Made by a program: the position numbers and the translations under genes | Source of the DNA: Candidatus Latescibacterota bacterium | GTDB lineage: Bacteria; Latescibacterota; UBA2968; UBA8231 | Direction: 5' to 3' | Assembly: GCA_965243025.1 (NCBI GenBank) | Contig: CBDETY010000003.1 | Coordinates: 928,001-992,000, forward strand | Length of the DNA: 64,000 bases | Notes under the pieces: generated by a model | The model's input: only the letters and a program-made list of their open reading frames with translations | What the model was told of the DNA's origin: nothing | The model's database searches: none | Shown here: positions 61,556 to 64,000 of the stretch, one piece after another | Numbering within the stretch: position 1 is the first letter of the stretch | Layout: each line of letters begins with the position of its first letter

Positions 61556-62423
61556 ATGAAATTCATGCGGACACCTTACCCGATTCTGGCGGCCGTACTG
61601 CTCATGGCTTTCAAAACAGAGGCCAGCGGCAATGACGCCCAAGCCACGCCGGAGAGAACGGAATTCCAGGAAATCACCATCCGTTTCAAGGGGAGCCGGG
61701 CGTGGACCGCGACTCTACTGGACGTGGCTGCCAAGGGGGCGACCGGTACCGGTATCGCCGATTTTGATTCCCTTTCTTCCCGTTATGGCCTGATGGGGAT
61801 ATATCCCAAGGGGGTATCCTCGGGCATTTTCGGATTTCGATTTCGGTTGAGATTTCCACCGGACGCCGATGGGGCAGACATCGCCGGGGCCTACCGCAAC
61901 TTACCCTATATAACTGTGGATAAATGGTATACGGTGGTGTCCAAAAGAAAAGCAGGAATCGGTAAGAAATTAAATTACGGTTATCTTGGGGGTTTTGTTG
62001 GGGGATTCGCAGGAGTCCCCTTTGGGATTCTCCTACTTCCCTTCCCAGAAGAGCACCCTGATGGTACCAGTGGCGCCCATCTTTATGTAGGGGCCTTCTA
62101 CGGGTTATGGTTTGGCAACATTCTTGGATCCGCAGTTGCGGTTAGTAAAGTTGATCGTCATGGCCATTTTTTCCTGACACTGGCGGGCAGTGCCCTGTTG
62201 GGAGCAGGAGTTCCTTATGCCATCCATGTTCTTTCATGGAAAAATGGTGTGGTTGTATCCTTCCCATGCGGCATGGTAGGTCCTGCAAATTGGGGCAACT
62301 CTGGCTTCGGAGTTAGGGGAAAGGATTTTCGCACCGGCTGACAGGGAAAATCCACGCTTTTCTTTTGGGTTGGTCTCGAATTTACAACGGGGCTTGTCGG
62401 CTTCCGCAACGTTTCACTTTTAA
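61556..62423 (+). pseudogene. Paralogue of 62938-63804, frameshifted near the C-terminus
   Basis: Shares TEFQEITI...GIADFDSLS..YGLMGI...RFRLRFP; terminal FSFGLVSNLQRGLSASATFHF lies in another frame. Confidence 0.7.
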
Positions 62424-62443
62424 CCCGCCGAAAAGGATTCCCG

Positions 62444-62915
62444 ATGAAACGAGCGATCCTGTGTGCCGTTTTGTTTCTGAGTGCAAAGGGCCTCTGTGCA
62501 ACGGAAGGCGCGGCGGTGTCCCAAAAAGAAGCAGGAGTTGGAAGAAAACTTGGGTACGGTATTCTGGGGGTTTGGTTGCGGACTCGTTGGATCGTTCACC
62601 TTATTCCCCGTCTCATCAGGAGGAGATGGTATCGGGGCAGCTGGAGGGCTCGCCATGGGATTTTGGGCGGGCAACGTAGTTGGAACCGCCATTGGCGTTA
62701 GCGTAGCTGGAGAGGGTCTGGGTTTCCCGGGTCATTTTGCGGGCAGTGCCCTGTTGGGGGTAGGAGTTCCTGTGGCAGCTTTATCTCATTTGGAGGCCGG
62801 GGAATTGGGGGATCGGTATCCACCACCAGGGGACAGGAAAAACCCACGCTTTTCTTTTGGATTGGCCCCGAGTTTACAACGGGGTTTGTCGGCTTCCGCC
62901 ACGTTTCATTTTTAA
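62444..62915 (+). pseudogene. Short paralogue (signal peptide + Gly-zipper + beta-hairpin tail), frameshifted near 62575
   Basis: MKRAILCAVLFL...KLGYGILG then GFGCGLVG...SASATFHF. Confidence 0.65.
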
Positions 62916-62937
62916 ATCCGTCTAATAAGGATTCGGG

Positions 62938-63804
62938 ATGATACGAACGATTCTTTGTACCGGCCTGTTCCTGAGTGTAACCGCCCTCTTGGCAACGGAA
63001 GCCGAACGGCAAGCCTTCACCCAGGAGGGAACGGAATTCCAGGAAATCACTATCCACATTCATGGGAACAAGGCGGTGACCGCGGCGCTATCGGACGCGT
63101 TTGCCAAGGGGTCGACAGTTATAGGGATCGCCGATTTTGATTCCCTCTCGGCGGTCTATGGCCTGATGGGAATAGATCGCGAGGACGCCATGTCCTCTGG
63201 TTTTTACGGGCATCGGTTTCGGCTGAGGTTCCCCTCGGATTCGAATGTGATTGTCATTGCCAAAGGCTATGGAAACTTGCCCGCCATTCAATCTGTCAGG
63301 ACCGAGGGGCCGGTTTATTTAGGCAATCATATCCATGGCTTGGGTGGCTCGAAACACGCCGGAGCGCGTATTTTCACTAAGGTAGTATCCGGCACTCTTT
63401 CCTATGTGGCTATTTGGGGGATCGGGTCTCTTCTATATCACTCCTATATCTATGATGAGCCAGAGGAACCGGCTGGTCCTATGGAAGGAGTGGAAGTTTT
63501 TATTTACGGTCTGGTGGCCGGGGGAGCAGTCGGATTCCCGGTGGGTGTGACCCTGGTTGATCCTGATGATTCCTTACCCATAACCCTGCTGGCCGGTGTT
63601 ATACCGGCAGCCGCGGGGCTGTATTTCTTTGAATCCGAAAAAAGCGTGGCATCCGGCTTTTTGTTGGCGTGGGTCTATCCGCCATTTATTTCTCTCGCGG
63701 CTTCTGAACTGTGGCGCAATCCTGCTGAAGATCGCCGCACTTCCTTTGCCCTGGTTCCCACCCCGAGGGGTGGACTTTCGGGGATTACCACACTCCGGTT
63801 TTGA
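62938..63804 (+). CDS. Exported protein with small alpha/beta N-domain, Gly-rich TM region and Phe-terminated beta-hairpin tail
   Basis: Signal peptide; ends FALVPTPRGGLSGITTLRF. Confidence 0.75.
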   Translation: MIRTILCTGLFLSVTALLATEAERQAFTQEGTEFQEITIHIHGNKAVTAALSDAFAKGSTVIGIADFDSLSAVYGLMGIDREDAMSSGFYGHRFRLRFPSDSNVIVIAKGYGNLPAIQSVRTEGPVYLGNHIHGLGGSKHAGARIFTKVVSGTLSYVAIWGIGSLLYHSYIYDEPEEPAGPMEGVEVFIYGLVAGGAVGFPVGVTLVDPDDSLPITLLAGVIPAAAGLYFFESEKSVASGFLLAWVYPPFISLAASELWRNPAEDRRTSFALVPTPRGGLSGITTLRF

Positions 63805-64000
63805 CCAGAGCTGGAGTTCTCCTAGTGTTTGCTGTGCTTCCCGGGATCGTATGACATAGAGGGGAATACGTTGCCACCTTAATCCCCCCAAGCCGGGTTT
63901 GGAGCCAACGTCCGGGGCGCCGATCCCCGCGGCCTCCTCTTCCTGTCGAATGGCCTTTCCCGGATCTCGGTGAAAGGTTCGACCTTACTTCGGGAGTTAG

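Overview
High-GC bacterial DNA dominated by secreted eukaryotic-like-repeat proteins (WD40, ankyrin, TPR, RCC1, cadherin-like, SWIB). Many end in a shared dockerin-like EF-hand + FlgD/T9SS-like Ig tail or a short 'S/T-W-G-x-V/L-K' tail. This repertoire is consistent with a marine sponge symbiont (Latescibacterota/Poribacteria/Gemmatimonadota-like; inference only). The window is heavily remodelled by mobile DNA: IS630 x2 nested around IS1182, IS1595 x2, IS481, IS3, IS256, an RT-deleted group II intron, a solitary type I-C CRISPR repeat and a phage/satellite-like small-gene island (24.2-32.8 kb). The standout is a tightly coupled three-gene unit at 36188-40072: a 2OG-Fe(II) oxygenase, a secreted protein with Asp31 plus about 100 (G/N/D)-D-E repeats, and a vitamin K-dependent gamma-glutamyl carboxylase homologue with its catalytic motifs intact. 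This is a candidate bacterial Gla / beta-hydroxy-Asp modification system building a hyper-acidic Ca2+-binding surface protein. All calls are from reading the sequence by eye. Several frameshifts could be assembly errors.
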